A stretch of 64,000 bases of DNA, from NCBI RefSeq assembly GCF_038025025.1, contig NW_027117344.1, positions 1,426,001 through 1,490,000 on the forward strand. The letters are read 5' to 3'. The position numbers and the translations under genes were made by a program. The notes under the pieces were generated by a model that did no database searches, was not told the origin of the DNA, and saw nothing but the letters and a program-made list of their open reading frames with translations. The DNA comes from Phyllosticta citribraziliensis. Taxonomy: Eukaryota. Positions 25,279 to 37,244 of this stretch are shown here, in pieces. Every line of letters starts with the position of its first letter. Position 1 is the stretch's first letter.

Positions 25279-25834
25279 GGGCATCGGACTGTCTGTCCGA
25301 TTCTCCACTAATGTAATGCACGTGGGTGTACCGGGGACCAAAGTGAGTGAGTGGGCTCGGTCGACCTCCCTGGTACTTTGAGTAAGTGCACGAATGAAGA
25401 GACGGCGACGATACGGCGAGAAGAAGAAGAGTGGCCGCGAAAAGAGCTGGGCATCGTCGATGATTTCCTTTGCACATATCATGGCAGCAAGCGCTGGAGT
25501 TTGGCATACACGATTTCCTACCTACCTATGTACCTAGATAACATCTCTCCGTGTAACGAACCGTCAATGACGTACAATAAAGTATTGAATCCACCGCTTA
25601 CTTGTTCCCCCGTACCTTTGACCGTCAATGCTTTCTTCAATGCAACGTGCACTAACACGACACCCGGGCCCCCTCGACTCAACCCTCAAAGCCACCTCTA
25701 AAGACGAGTAGACAAAAACTAACACATGTCCATCTGCTCCGCACCAGCGACATGGTACAGCAGTCATGCTAGCACGAAAGGGAAAAGGCACTCACGATCC
25801 AGAGACTACACCGCGAGACTGATAAGGCCCAGAA

Positions 25835-26360
25835 AGGAATTATCGTATTCGCTCTGAATGACCATTTTTCGCACAAACGGGTCGGCTCGCCCACAACAGA
25901 CGCCAGAGCGAGCATGCGACTAGAAAAGGCAGGACGATGTGCACGCCTCGCGCCGCAACTTTCCCCTTACGATGGACGAGGGAGCCAGGAGAAACGTGCC
26001 ATAGCACGTGGCTAGCCGTCTCCATCTTTACCCTATAAGATAAACCTAGCTTTCGGCACGACGGAGCCGCGCGCCCTACCCTTAATTCTAGAGCGGGCAG
26101 CAGCTGGAAATGGCAGGACGATGTGCGCGGCTTCACGCTTGAAATTTCCTCTTGTGGTGGATGGGGGGAATATTCGGCCGGTGGGGAGCTTGTGGCTGGC
26201 CTTTTTCGTATAGCTGGACCCCTACGCTCGGGATTTTCGCACAGGCGGGAGACGGGGCGGGCGCGCTGCGTCCTCGACTTTGGAGCGAGGGAGCTGGAAA
26301 TGGCAGGTCGATTTGCACGCGTTGCGCTGGGACTTTCCCTTTGTGGCGGCACGGCTGGGT
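25835..26360. repeat. Degenerate tandem array, about 3 units of 184-190 bp
   Basis: Core ctRgaaaWggcaggWcgatKtgc...tttcc begins at 25920, 26104 and 26294. Flanking blocks (tttcgcac, acggRNcg, gagcg) also recur at matching offsets. Confidence 0.8.
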
Positions 26361-28402
26361 GTCGAAAGAAACGGCAGGTCCTATGCGGCTATGCAGGGGA
26401 AAATTGGTTCAGTTGCGTAGGAAGCTGAGGGCTAACTGTCTGTCATCACTTTGGCTCTCAGAAAGCGTCCACTGGGAAAGACTTTCGTGTAGGGTATGTA
26501 ACGGGACTCGTTGTACAGCTGGTCAGTGTGCTTAGTATTTTCAATCTTAAAGGACGGATCGCACCCAATGGTAATTGAAGACCGCCGAGCAAAGAGCTGC
26601 ATCCGCTGGGTCGACGGCAATGCCCTCCCACTCGGCCAGTCGCTTTTTTTTCTGAGATGAATGGACGCGGGAATTGACCATGGGATGTTTGGTCAAGCGA
26701 CTGGAAGATGTCGATTGACGGCTCGTGGAAGGAGGGGATCCCACTCCGCAGTAACAATCAGCCGTGATTCGCTGGCGTCGTCTCGTTAGCGTGCGACTTT
26801 TCCCTATCTCCTGCCTAATGATTGGTAGACCGTTAGTAAGTTTTTCCCTGCTCGTCTTGGTCAGGTATGTCTTGGAGTCTGGACTGAACCCCCGTCGTTC
26901 GGGATCGACGAGCCAGGATTTGCTGGAATTATGAATGCATCCCGGCTCGGCTGAATGACGCTTGGGGCAAGGCTTGGTAACGGAAAGCACAAAGTCCGTG
27001 AGAGAGAAATGCGAAAAGGAGAGACTCTTACGGCTGTAGTGCTTGTGAGAAACTTTCAGTCCCTCCGGAAGAACAGATATGTCGACGACTCAAGGTTGTT
27101 GTGCGCAATCCACGATTTTCCCTACCACACCATGGTCCAGACACTGCATACTGTACCGAAGACTGTTCTGTTTGATGGTCCTTTGCTTGATCTTTTCCGC
27201 ATACTGTGGCTGAGGCCATCGACTTACCGAGGCAATGCTGATATGATGGCGGATGGCTCGAAATGAGGGTGAACTGTATGAAGCAATGTTGTCGAAGCCC
27301 GACGCGGCGACGCATCTGATGATTGCGTTTGCTGTGTGGGGGCCGCTCTCCTCAAAAGCCTTCATTCGGTCAGAGACCATAGAAAGCAAAAGCAAGAAAA
27401 GATGAGGCCCCATGGCGCCTTGGTCAGAGAGCGAGGAGAAGAAGCAAGGAGAAACTGTGTGGTATTTCTCCGTCGGCGATAAATATATGAATTGGAGGCT
27501 GAGCCTGGGGACTTTGCGATTACGACCACAGGGCATAAGGGCTCGGAATTGACAGGCGTTCAAATGGAGATTCAAAGAACCGAAGTTAAGGTGAATATTT
27601 CTTGAAGAAAGTTGACTCTTGGACACAACGAGAGAAGAGACGAAAGGAGTGTTGGGCACACGCTCTGTTCCAACAGCCCGGTAGAGGTGGAGCTGAGGTT
27701 CGGTGGCTTGTCCGGCGTTTGCTTCTGCCCAACCTAGCCCACGCTGCTGCAAGCCAACCAATCTGAAGCTGCACACCATCCAAGAAGAGGCCCGAGACCG
27801 ATGAGCGGCAGCACGCGAGGACCTGCAGCATTGGGTCAGTGGTGGCGCGCGGTCAAAGGCGAATATTTGGGATAGAGTCCGTAGCGGAAAAGGGAAAAAG
27901 CACGCCGGAACTTGTGAGCGTGGTGTAGGTCGCGAGATGCTGAGTGGCTGTGCGTCGACAACACCATGTCTTCGGGTCGTTCAGATTCGAGAGGCACGGA
28001 GTCAGTTGGGTTGGTGGTTGGCGCCCGTCATGAGGACGGAGGAGAGTGGGAGATGGTGGTGGTTGGTGAGGTGTTCGGAGGGAGTGAGGCGCAGACGCCC
28101 GTTCCTTCCTTATGGCCGCTGGTGCTGGTCGCGACAACTCGTTCACATTGCCGGCCAGACAACAGGTAGGGCTGCAGTGCAGTGCCACCTCGAATATGAC
28201 GGGCCACACGTTGGCTGCCTGGTCCATACATTCATTGTTTCCTGTCGCTCGTTTGTCACGTCCTGCCAAACAACCTCACCCGCCTCTGCCCAACCTGAGC
28301 CTTGCGCGCGCGCGTCAAAGACAACGGCACACCCCTCTCCGCATCCACGCACCATGAGCAGTTGAGAGACGATGCCTCGCATGGCCTACGCTGCCTCTAC
28401 CA

Positions 28403-28901
28403 ATGGCTTCTCCGGCCGCGTCCATTCCAGACAGCCAGCTTGGCCTCTCTCCCGGCGAGATCCAAACCCTCCGCCATCACCAACAACAGCTCGCCCTTTC
28501 GCAGAATGGCGGCTCCTCGTCGCGCGCCGCCAGCCAGGCTTCAAGCCAAGGGCGCCTGCTGCTCGATCCCACGAGCTTGCAAGCACTGAGCCATCACTTT
28601 GATCGCTTGTTGCACTCTATCCACCAGCGATGGGCCGCCGTGAGTCCCCTTCTGCTGCGCCGCGACAACGCCGCTAACCTGCCCTCAGCTCGAAGCGCAA
28701 ACGCAATCGGCCACGGCCATGCAATACGATCGCGCCGGCCGATTGATCCAAGATGCTGATGCCCAAATCGCCCGCTTCCACGAAATCCTCCGCCAAATCG
28801 ACGAGCTGCAGACCGAGTTCGAAAAGATCCGTCATATTGGCCAAATCGTTAAGCAATACCGGGCTCGTGTCGAACAGCTCGATCGACGCGTTGGACGCTG
28901 A
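28403..28901 (+). CDS. CNL1: BLOC-1 complex subunit CNL1-like coiled-coil protein
   Basis: Exons 28403-28639 and 28689-28901 (GTGAGT..GCTAAC..CAG). PDSQLGLS..EIQ.LR.HQQ...SSQGRLLLDP.SL...QYDRAG...LRQIDEL..EF.K is recognised as the filamentous-fungal CNL1 family. Confidence 0.8.
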
Positions 28902-31164
28902 GCATTCGCAATCGCACCACGCGCATGCTTTCTTTTCAGCATCCTAGTCGCGAGAATCATTGGTGGTGGTGTTATACCGGACAAGTACAGCAGTCGGGCA
29001 TAAGGAACTCAACGACATTCGTGTAAAGATTTGATGCCTCGCGGCGTAAAATCTTTTCTTCTCGAGTACATTCTCCGTCATAGAGGGGAACGACTGCCTT
29101 TCCACATGTCTTCAGGCGTTGCATCGAGCGAACGGTTGCTCTTTTATTTGCGCGGATATACCCCATCTCCTCACCCTGTCTCTACCATTTCGGTTGCATA
29201 TTGAGCCATCAACGACTTTTAATCACTTCAGCGCTTGTCCAGTTCAAATTGTCTCTGTATCTTCCCTTCCTGTCGCAGATACCATGGCCGTTGATCTCAC
29301 ACCAAAACTCCCTGCTGCATGTGCAGGCGCATACCAATGTGGGACCGACTTTCGAGACAAGGAACAGCGGCGACGACGGTGGGGCAAGTCGCCCCAATTC
29401 TCTCACTGGCAGGCAGGTCGTCCAACGAGATTCATCGTCGACACCACGACCGCTTCCATTTTTTCTGTGGAGTAGGCGATGGCGATCAGGTACATGGTTC
29501 CTGTCTCACGTTTGGTCGTCAGATCAGGAGAACTGCAGACTGGCTGTCCCCGTTTGGAGCATAAAAAGAGTTTCGGATACCTGCATGATCGCCTATCGTG
29601 CTACATGTGCGTGCTTTGGCTAGACCGCTAGACCAAGCGTTCCTGCGCTCTCCCGAAACAGGGACAACGTTGCTTGCAATGGGCATTTGTGGACGCGTAT
29701 TGAGTCACGTATACTCTTCGCTCTTATGGGATGTGGAGGGCCAAGAAACGCGAAAATGTACACATGCATTTCTTCTAAAGTCTCGTCCGCGCGCTCTGGC
29801 ACTGACACGCGCGTGACTTGGAGCGGGAGGTTTGTGATACCGATACCGATCGACTGATGTTGCCATGCTTTCGGCCCACTCTGATTCCGTCCATCTTTTG
29901 TCTTTCCCCAGGTCCTGCTTCTGGTCCGTCTGCGTGTCTTCTTGGCTCATTGCGAACCATCATTGCCCCGAGATCTTGATTCGTCTGTCAACTGACAAAG
30001 TTCCAGCCCCCCATGTTCGTTCTTTGTCAACAGACTTCTTTTGGGTCATGATTTGTCGACAAATCCCTTCCAAATATTTCACCTCGTGCACTGATTCCTC
30101 CTGCCTAGTTAGGGCTGCTACTATTAACAGAGCCAGCTGCTGATACACGTCCACTAATGTGACGTATGTGCGTGCGCACGACTTCTCGTTGAGGAGAAAA
30201 GGAGGGGTTTGAGCGAGGTGCACGACACTCCGAGGCGCGTCGCACAGCTCCCACGCATGCTGGAGGCTGAGGTAAGCTGCGCTGCAGATGTATGGAAGGG
30301 CAGCTAGCAGGCAGGGAATGGCGTAAGTTGGGATGAGGTGGACGCGTGGTGCAGTGCAGCCCAGTCCACATGCAGTCCGGGCTCCACATCGTATGAGTGT
30401 AGGCGTACGAGCAGCAGCGGCGCTTGCCGGCCGCGTGGGCGTGGGAGTGGGCGAGGCGAGGCGTCTTGAAGACCATGTACGCACGGAAGGAGGATGCGGC
30501 AGAAGGACTTTTTGCATGTACGATGAGCTGATGAGCTGATGAGGGGACAAATGGGTGATGCTGCGGCCAGTCCGTCAGTTCGTCCGTCCGTCCGTCTGCA
30601 AGGCCGGTCAAGACCCATGTCCCACGTGTTGGATACGAGGGAAAGAGGCGGATGCGGAGATTGTACTGTAATGGACGGGTAGATCTTCGGAAAGAAGAGA
30701 GTTGGAGGGTGTGGTGAACAGCTGCTGCGTTGGTGAGGGGACCGAGCGCGGGATGCTTTCGAGTATCTCCCTGTCGTGCAAGGCAGGCACCGCGTGAGGG
30801 GAACAGCTGCACTCCACTACATGGGCCAGCTGGTTGCTAGGCATTCGAGTCCAGACGGTACAACTCTATTTTGCAAACACGAGGTAGAGCGTTTTCAGAT
30901 GAGAGAAAATGCGCGTCTATATTTTCGACTATTAGGCCCAATCGGCGTCCGTCCTCCGTACTGAACGGCGCCTCAGCTTGACCATGCTCCCGCTGGACTG
31001 ACGAATGAGACAAATCTAAAATGCGACCCGTCTTGAACCCGCTTCCCATGCCATGCATCATCCCTAATTTTTCATAGCGACATACGTCGTTGCATCGTAT
31101 CCTGAAGTTTTCTTACGTCCGTCCTTTTCGTACACTTGACACCATATCCCAGCTCCTCTTGCAA

Positions 31165-32653
31165 TCACCGATATATGTAACAGAATGGGCCACCGGCGCC
31201 GCCAAGCGTGCTCATGGCCTTGCGCAGCGAAATGGCAGGACCGTTGTAGCCCAGGTCGATCATGTCGTCGAGCGTCGTGTCGGGCGCCGAAGCGTTCACC
31301 ATGGAAGTCGAGCCGGCAACGACAAAGGTACGGCCGGGCGTGTCGAGGTTCTGCCACGTCCACCAGACGCGATCGATCATGCTATGGTGGAGGTAGAAGG
31401 TTGGCTACGTTGGCCAAGACTGCGTCAGCTAGTTCAACTCGGGAACATGGTTCGGTGGTGTGGACTCACGTCGCCGGGAGAGGCGAACAAGTCACCACCC
31501 GGGTCTCCGTTGATCGTCATGTGTCCGGCGTCGTGCACGCCCACGAAGCCGGCCGCAAAGTCGCCCTGCATGCGGTTCTGGAAGGTCAGAATGTCCGCGG
31601 CGCCGCTGATCAGGGTGTCGACGTCGACGTCCTTGGTCCAGCCCGTCGATATCCAGGGGTTGATGTCGCGCCGCAGGCAGCGCGGGTTGTATCCGAGCCC
31701 GTCGGGCCGTGGGTTCGTCGACATGTTGCTCCATGCTGGACTGACAGGTCCCAGGCGCGCTGTGAAGTTGGCAAAGGGGCCGGAAGAGACACAGCCGCCG
31801 CCTGTGCCCTGTGGGACCTTGATGTAGGGTGTCAATGTCGAGGGAATGCCTGTTGATGTCAGGAAACCGCATTGGCTCTCTCGGGTGGCTTGGAAGACGT
31901 ACAGACGGGTTCATGGTACTCGTAGACGCCGTTACCGCCCATACTCGTGTCGCTGCCGTCAAAGAGCGGGGAACTCAGCGGGTCCAGGGCATACTTGGGC
32001 CAGTTCCAGTACTGAAAGAGTCAGCTCGTCTGTTCAAGTCGCATGGCAAATCTCTTACTGGTTGGTAGTCATCGTAACCGCACTCGTCACGCAAAGCCTT
32101 TTCATATGTCCATGTGAAATAGCGGTGCCTGGACTCGTCAGCTTGGCTTATTTCTTCAAGGCTTTCGGCACATACCACGCCAGGAAATTGCCCTGTCGCA
32201 CTGGTCAGCGTTTTGAAAGCAGGGATCATTGTCACTCAACGTACCGTCCCGTGTATGGTCATGGTTTGATTTATGTGCGTAGCCAGAAAGTCGTCATATC
32301 TGGTCCGGCAACCTGGACAGACGCTTCTGGGGGTCTTGCTGGGTTTTGTCGAAATACATTGAACGGCTGCGATGTACTTTTTCTTGTCGGCTGACGATAG
32401 GGAGTCCCTTGAGTCTGTTAGCTGTGGACATCTTGCGCCGTTTGTAGTATTACCAGTCCCTTCTTACGGCGGCATTCGCAATCGTGCAGGTTCCGTTGTA
32501 GATGCCCTCAACCTTGACGTAGTCTTCAAAACTCGACAAAGCTCCGGCTGCTAGCGAGTCGGTGAGAGAGCTCGATGCCGGGGTATACTTTGTGGCCGCA
32601 GCTGTGGCCGCGTTGGTAGTCACCGCCACGCTCAGAATCTGGAAAAAACGCAT
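31165..32653 (-). CDS. Secreted short tyrosinase/catechol oxidase (type-3 di-copper)
   Basis: Exons 32653-32454, 32407-32245, 32192-32176, 32128-32059, 32011-31903, 31849-31470, 31404-31165. Signal peptide; CuA H..QT..IHGT/GNFLAWHRYF; PYWNW; CuB VHDAGH...SPGDPTFYLHHSMIDRVW. Confidence 0.93.
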
Positions 32654-34639
32654 GACGAGCTCAAGAGGTTGTTGAGAGTTCCGAGAGAGTTGACATGCCC
32701 GTTGTGCAACGAATCGAGAGGAGATTTCACTCTATTTGGGACTGTCAAGAGCCGCTACTAGTAATTCTAGACGTCTAGACAGCACCTCTTATGCGGTGGC
32801 ACAGCAGTCTGTCGGGAAATTTTCGCGACACATGGCAACGACGTGACCCACCAACGATGAGGTGTTCGGTACTGTAGGAGAGCAAATTCGGCAGTCTGGC
32901 GTAGCACCGACCCCGGTACTGATAGCGCAATCGCGTGATGCAAAGGAAGGAGTTTGCGGATTGGAGGTTAGCATGGTGAGCCAGGATGCTGTGCGGCCAT
33001 GCTTCTGGCCCATATTGACCGTTGAGCCATGTGGCAGGTGCAGGTGCACACCATGGTCAAGACAGGATTCCCGGGTGTGACTTTTGCTCGTAAAGGCAAT
33101 CTCTGCGCGGGCGAGCCAGGGGCAAAGTGGGCTTCCAGTAGGACAACCAAAGGAGATGTAGACAAGTTCCGTCACAGGTTGCGACAGGTCTCTGCAAAGG
33201 GACGGCCAATGAAACAGGTGTAAAATCAATCACCATGACGCCCAGCGGGTAGGAGCAAGCGAGCAGCCATGGTGCTCCGGCCTCGTACGAAACAAGGCCC
33301 GTGTTGGAAGGAGACGTGTAGTAGGAGATGTCCGACGGAATTCATTTTGAAGAGAGACTGGTTGACCAGCTTTGCGGGGCTCAGGGAGCGGCGCCGCATC
33401 AGCACATGGGTGTTTGTATCAACTTGATTATGGATACGGCGGTGAGGTTCGCTGAGAGTGGTCAGAGGGTGGAGGATGAGAGCAGTCTTACGCCATGTGG
33501 CGATGGGCGTTGAGTTGTTGCTGCAACCGAAGTTGGGTATTTCTTTTGAAAGGTGGCCGGCACGTTTTACGGATGCTGGCAACCTGGAAACGAAAGCTCC
33601 TGCGCGTAATGTCATACATGGAGAGGAAAGTCGCATGCAGAAGCGGCTTCGTCATGGCAGGTCCGTGGATCCGCGGCCATGTCGTGCATTGTTTTGTAGG
33701 GGTGGATTGGCGCAGATTGGAGTCGACGCGCAAGCACGGCCAACTGGTCTTGTTCTTTTTTCTTTTCTTTTTCTTGTGCGACCACGGCAGAGTCTGGGTC
33801 TCGGGAAGTCGGCCTGGGCGTCGTCTTGGAGCAAGGAGACCAAGGTCGGCAGTGGTTTAAAAGGCTTGGGTTGGTGGTGGGCGCAACATGAACCTGACGA
33901 CCTCAACCCGAGCGGAGCCGGGGCCCGACGGCGCGCCGTGACCTCTCCACCACACTCTCATGTCTTCCATCTTGCAGTTCACATCGCACAAGGCGCCTGC
34001 ACTGCCGCCACCTATCCTGACCGACTCGCTTTGAAACCCGCTAATCGTCTCTTGCAGACAGGCAGACAGACACTGCTCTCCGTCTTTCCCGGATGCCATG
34101 GCCATCCCACGTCCTCACCACCTCGCCGGGCTTGCTCTGCTCCAGCGCCCCATCCGCTTGCAACAAGCCGTCTCTTCTCCTCTGACTCCATCGACGTGAC
34201 GCTGCTTCGCCGTGGCGACAATCGGACGCACCTGACGGCGCTTCCGTACTGCGGCATCCCGTCGTGGCGGGCGCTAACTACGCTTAATCCCTGCTCTCCC
34301 ATGGGTCTCTTGCATGTCCTCCGAACTTGTGTACAGTCTGATCCATCCAGCTGTTGGAAAGAGTGCAACACAACATCAACTCTGCTTCTGCTCTTGTTTT
34401 CCCGCAGTCGCCCGTCGTCTGCTCCGGATCATGGCACCGGCACCGGCTCGTCGCCTTTCCCTATTCCCTCCCCTCGCATGTCGCCCGTTTCCTCTCACCT
34501 TATCATCTTCCTGCTTTCTCCCTCTGGCTTGGCTCTTTTTTGCTTCCTTCTGCCTCTTTCGTCAACCTGGCCTGGTCCTCGCGAGTGACGGTCAAACAAG
34601 GTCTCGGTTTATGCCGGCCTTTCACAAGGCGTCGAGGCC

Positions 34640-36096
34640 ATGGTTGGTTACATGGAGCTCCAGCTGCGGTCCGAGACTGAGACTGCAACCACCGACTTTA
34701 CGCCCGATTATGAAAACTTCAGCGCTTCCGGCGAGATTCTTTCAATAACCGGCGCCTTCACTGGCGTCGCGTTCATCATCGTCTTGCTTCGCGTTTACGT
34801 CCGAACCTTTATGCTCCGCTATGTTGGCCCCGACGACTACATGATGATGGTCGCAATGGTCAGTTGCCCCTCGCTCGCTATGCGCGCGCCAAGGCTCACT
34901 CCAGTCCCACAGAGTCTCAGCATCGTTACCTTTGCGTGCTTCATAGTGGAGGTCCAATATGGACTTGGAAAGCACACCGCCGTCATGATGTCCGACGCCG
35001 ATGCTTACAAGTCCTTCACACTCTGGCTCTATATCCACTCTCTTGTAGTGATGTGCGCAGTGAGCAGCGTCAAGATTTCCATCGGCCTCTTCCTCCTCCG
35101 GGTCGTGGAGCGAACCCGGTACCAGCGCTTCATGTGGGGCATGATTGGTGGGTGCCATCGGCCTGCCAACCATCGATCTTTAGCTGACAGTCCTAGTGTT
35201 TCTCGTCTGCTTCACACTGACTTGCGCGTGCACCTTGATATTTCAATGTTCTCCAGTCGCCGCTGCGTGGGACTTTGCGCTGAGGACGAGGACTCATGCC
35301 AAATGCTTTTCGATGAATACGTTTCGAAACATTGGAATGTTCAACTCAGTTGTCAACATCTTGACCGACGTACTCTTCGCGACTTTGCCGATTCCGCTCA
35401 TCATGAAGCTCAAAGTCAACTTGCGGACGAGACTGACCCTGTCTTTTATTCTCAGTCTTGGTTTCTTCGCATCCGCTGCCGCAATCGTCAAAGCCGTGAG
35501 CCAGTGGAAAGTCCTGGAGGAGTCGGACTGGACAGTGTGAGCATCCGAAAGTATAAACTCACTTTCAGCAGAGTACTGATCACGATTACAGCCATGACTC
35601 ATTCAATGTGTGGAACGACATCGAACTCAACACTGGCATAATTGCGGCCTCGTTGCCTTCGCTTAAAGCCTTGTTCAATTGGGCTCTCCAGACCGCTCGT
35701 GCAATCACCTCGTCAGGTGGGCGAACAAACAACGGCCCGCACCGACCAAGACCCTCGGCGTACGGAACGTACAACGGCCATGGTTATGTAAAACAAATGG
35801 AATCATCGAGCGTTGCCCTATCGTCGATGCCGAACGCAACTTACGACGGCACCCGAGGGGATCCATATGTTGCAGAAATCACTTGCGGAGGAGGTCCGGA
35901 TTTGGAAAGAGGAAACGGGGATTCGGCCGGGAGAAGCGGAAGCCGGCAGTCCGAATCTCCGTCTGCGGGGAAGGTCGGGGAATGGGAGACGGAGGGCCGT
36001 AAAAACAGTGGAGACGAAATTCTTGACCGAGAGCCCAAGCCACTGAACTTTGCTGGCGGAGGCATTTTGAGGACAACAGAAGTGAGCGTGAGCTGA
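34640..36096 (+). CDS. PTH11-like (fungal rhodopsin-domain) integral membrane protein, no CFEM domain
   Basis: Introns approximately 34859-34912, 35148-35196 and 35537-35591. Motifs LRVYVR...GPDD, GLGKH, KISIGLFLLR, FQCSPV..AWD, NILTD...LPIP and IELNTGIIAASLPSLK. The start may be 34640 or 34652. Confidence 0.9.
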
Positions 36097-37244
36097 ATAG
36101 GTTTGGCTGTTGGATACCCCAGAATGATGAAGCTTTGACAATATAAGCACATAATAGGGTCATGTCGAGACCTGTAGCTGTATCTACCAGCCTCGAGCAA
36201 CATATCTGTTTAAACTTAATTAACGCGAAGCCTTTTCCAGCAAATTTGGAGCGAAGTGCACGCCAGGTCAAGGGTCAACAAGACCACCAGTCTTCGTATC
36301 CTCGTGTTTGAGACGGGAGGGAGCGAGCGGGCCGACCGCTTTTTGCCGTCGACTACAGGTGGCATCCCACCCATCACTCACGGGCGGTCGCTTTCGGGAC
36401 TCCCGACTCTCACCCCGGCCCGTCCTTGGCCACTGGGCGCAAGTTTGAGAGATACATACATCAGACCGTGGCTGAGACCCCGCAGGTCCACTCGTGATCC
36501 ATTGAAAGACCAAGCTAGAAAACTTGGGTTGAAAATGGCGACCATGATTAACTCTTCGGGTGCATTTTGACCGAGGAGAAGTCCACTCTTGCAGCTCAAG
36601 TCAACCAACGACATCCTGACCGCACCATCAACCGTTGCCAACAAGCTCTTGTTCTCAACGCCTTGGTTTTTTCACCCGCATCATGTCCTTGGACTAATGG
36701 TCAATGGCCTGCTGGAAGAGGGCAAGGAAAAGATGGGAGCTCAGGCGCCCATAATTGGCAGTCCTCGGCCGATCAGCACCATTCCCTTGTCGGCGCTCTC
36801 TCCGGCCTTGTTCAACAAATCCCGTCTCGCCGACTGAAGCGACCATGGAAGAAAACAGCCTAAGCTGCGCTGGAGGCACTAAAATGCTAGCCCCCACCTG
36901 ACATGACGATATGTCGGTCAAGAGGAAGAACGCAGTCCGAGCCTCACCACTCGGCGCCCCACATCTTCTCCACGTTGTTGGTAACCTTCTCCACATTTCC
37001 AGCAGAAATCCTGGCCTGGCTGCTCGGTTATGCTAATCTGATAGTTTACTATCCGTGCCTAACGTCTGCAGCAGACGCCCTTTGTCTGTCAAGCACATCG
37101 AGAGCGGAAGTCACCGTCATATTCGGTCCTCACTGTCCCGTTGTTGACGCTATGGGCCTCACTACGAAAATCAATAAAGTGTCAAGATGTTGGCAATTCG
37201 GCGGTTGATATCGTTGGACTTTGCTTTGTGCTTTCCTGGTCATC

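Noticed and set aside
26432..27779. Possible spliced minus-strand gene (GTAAGT/GTAAGA donors, several ORFs)
   Set aside because: I could not assemble consistent exons with branch points, and the peptides resemble no family.
30520..30560. CTGATGAG resembling a hammerhead ribozyme core
   Set aside because: Part of a GATGAGCT tandem repeat; no stem II followed by GAAA.
33458..34588. 376-aa ORF in the tyrosinase/PTH11 intergenic region
   Set aside because: Low-complexity promoter/UTR-like sequence with no coding bias or motif.
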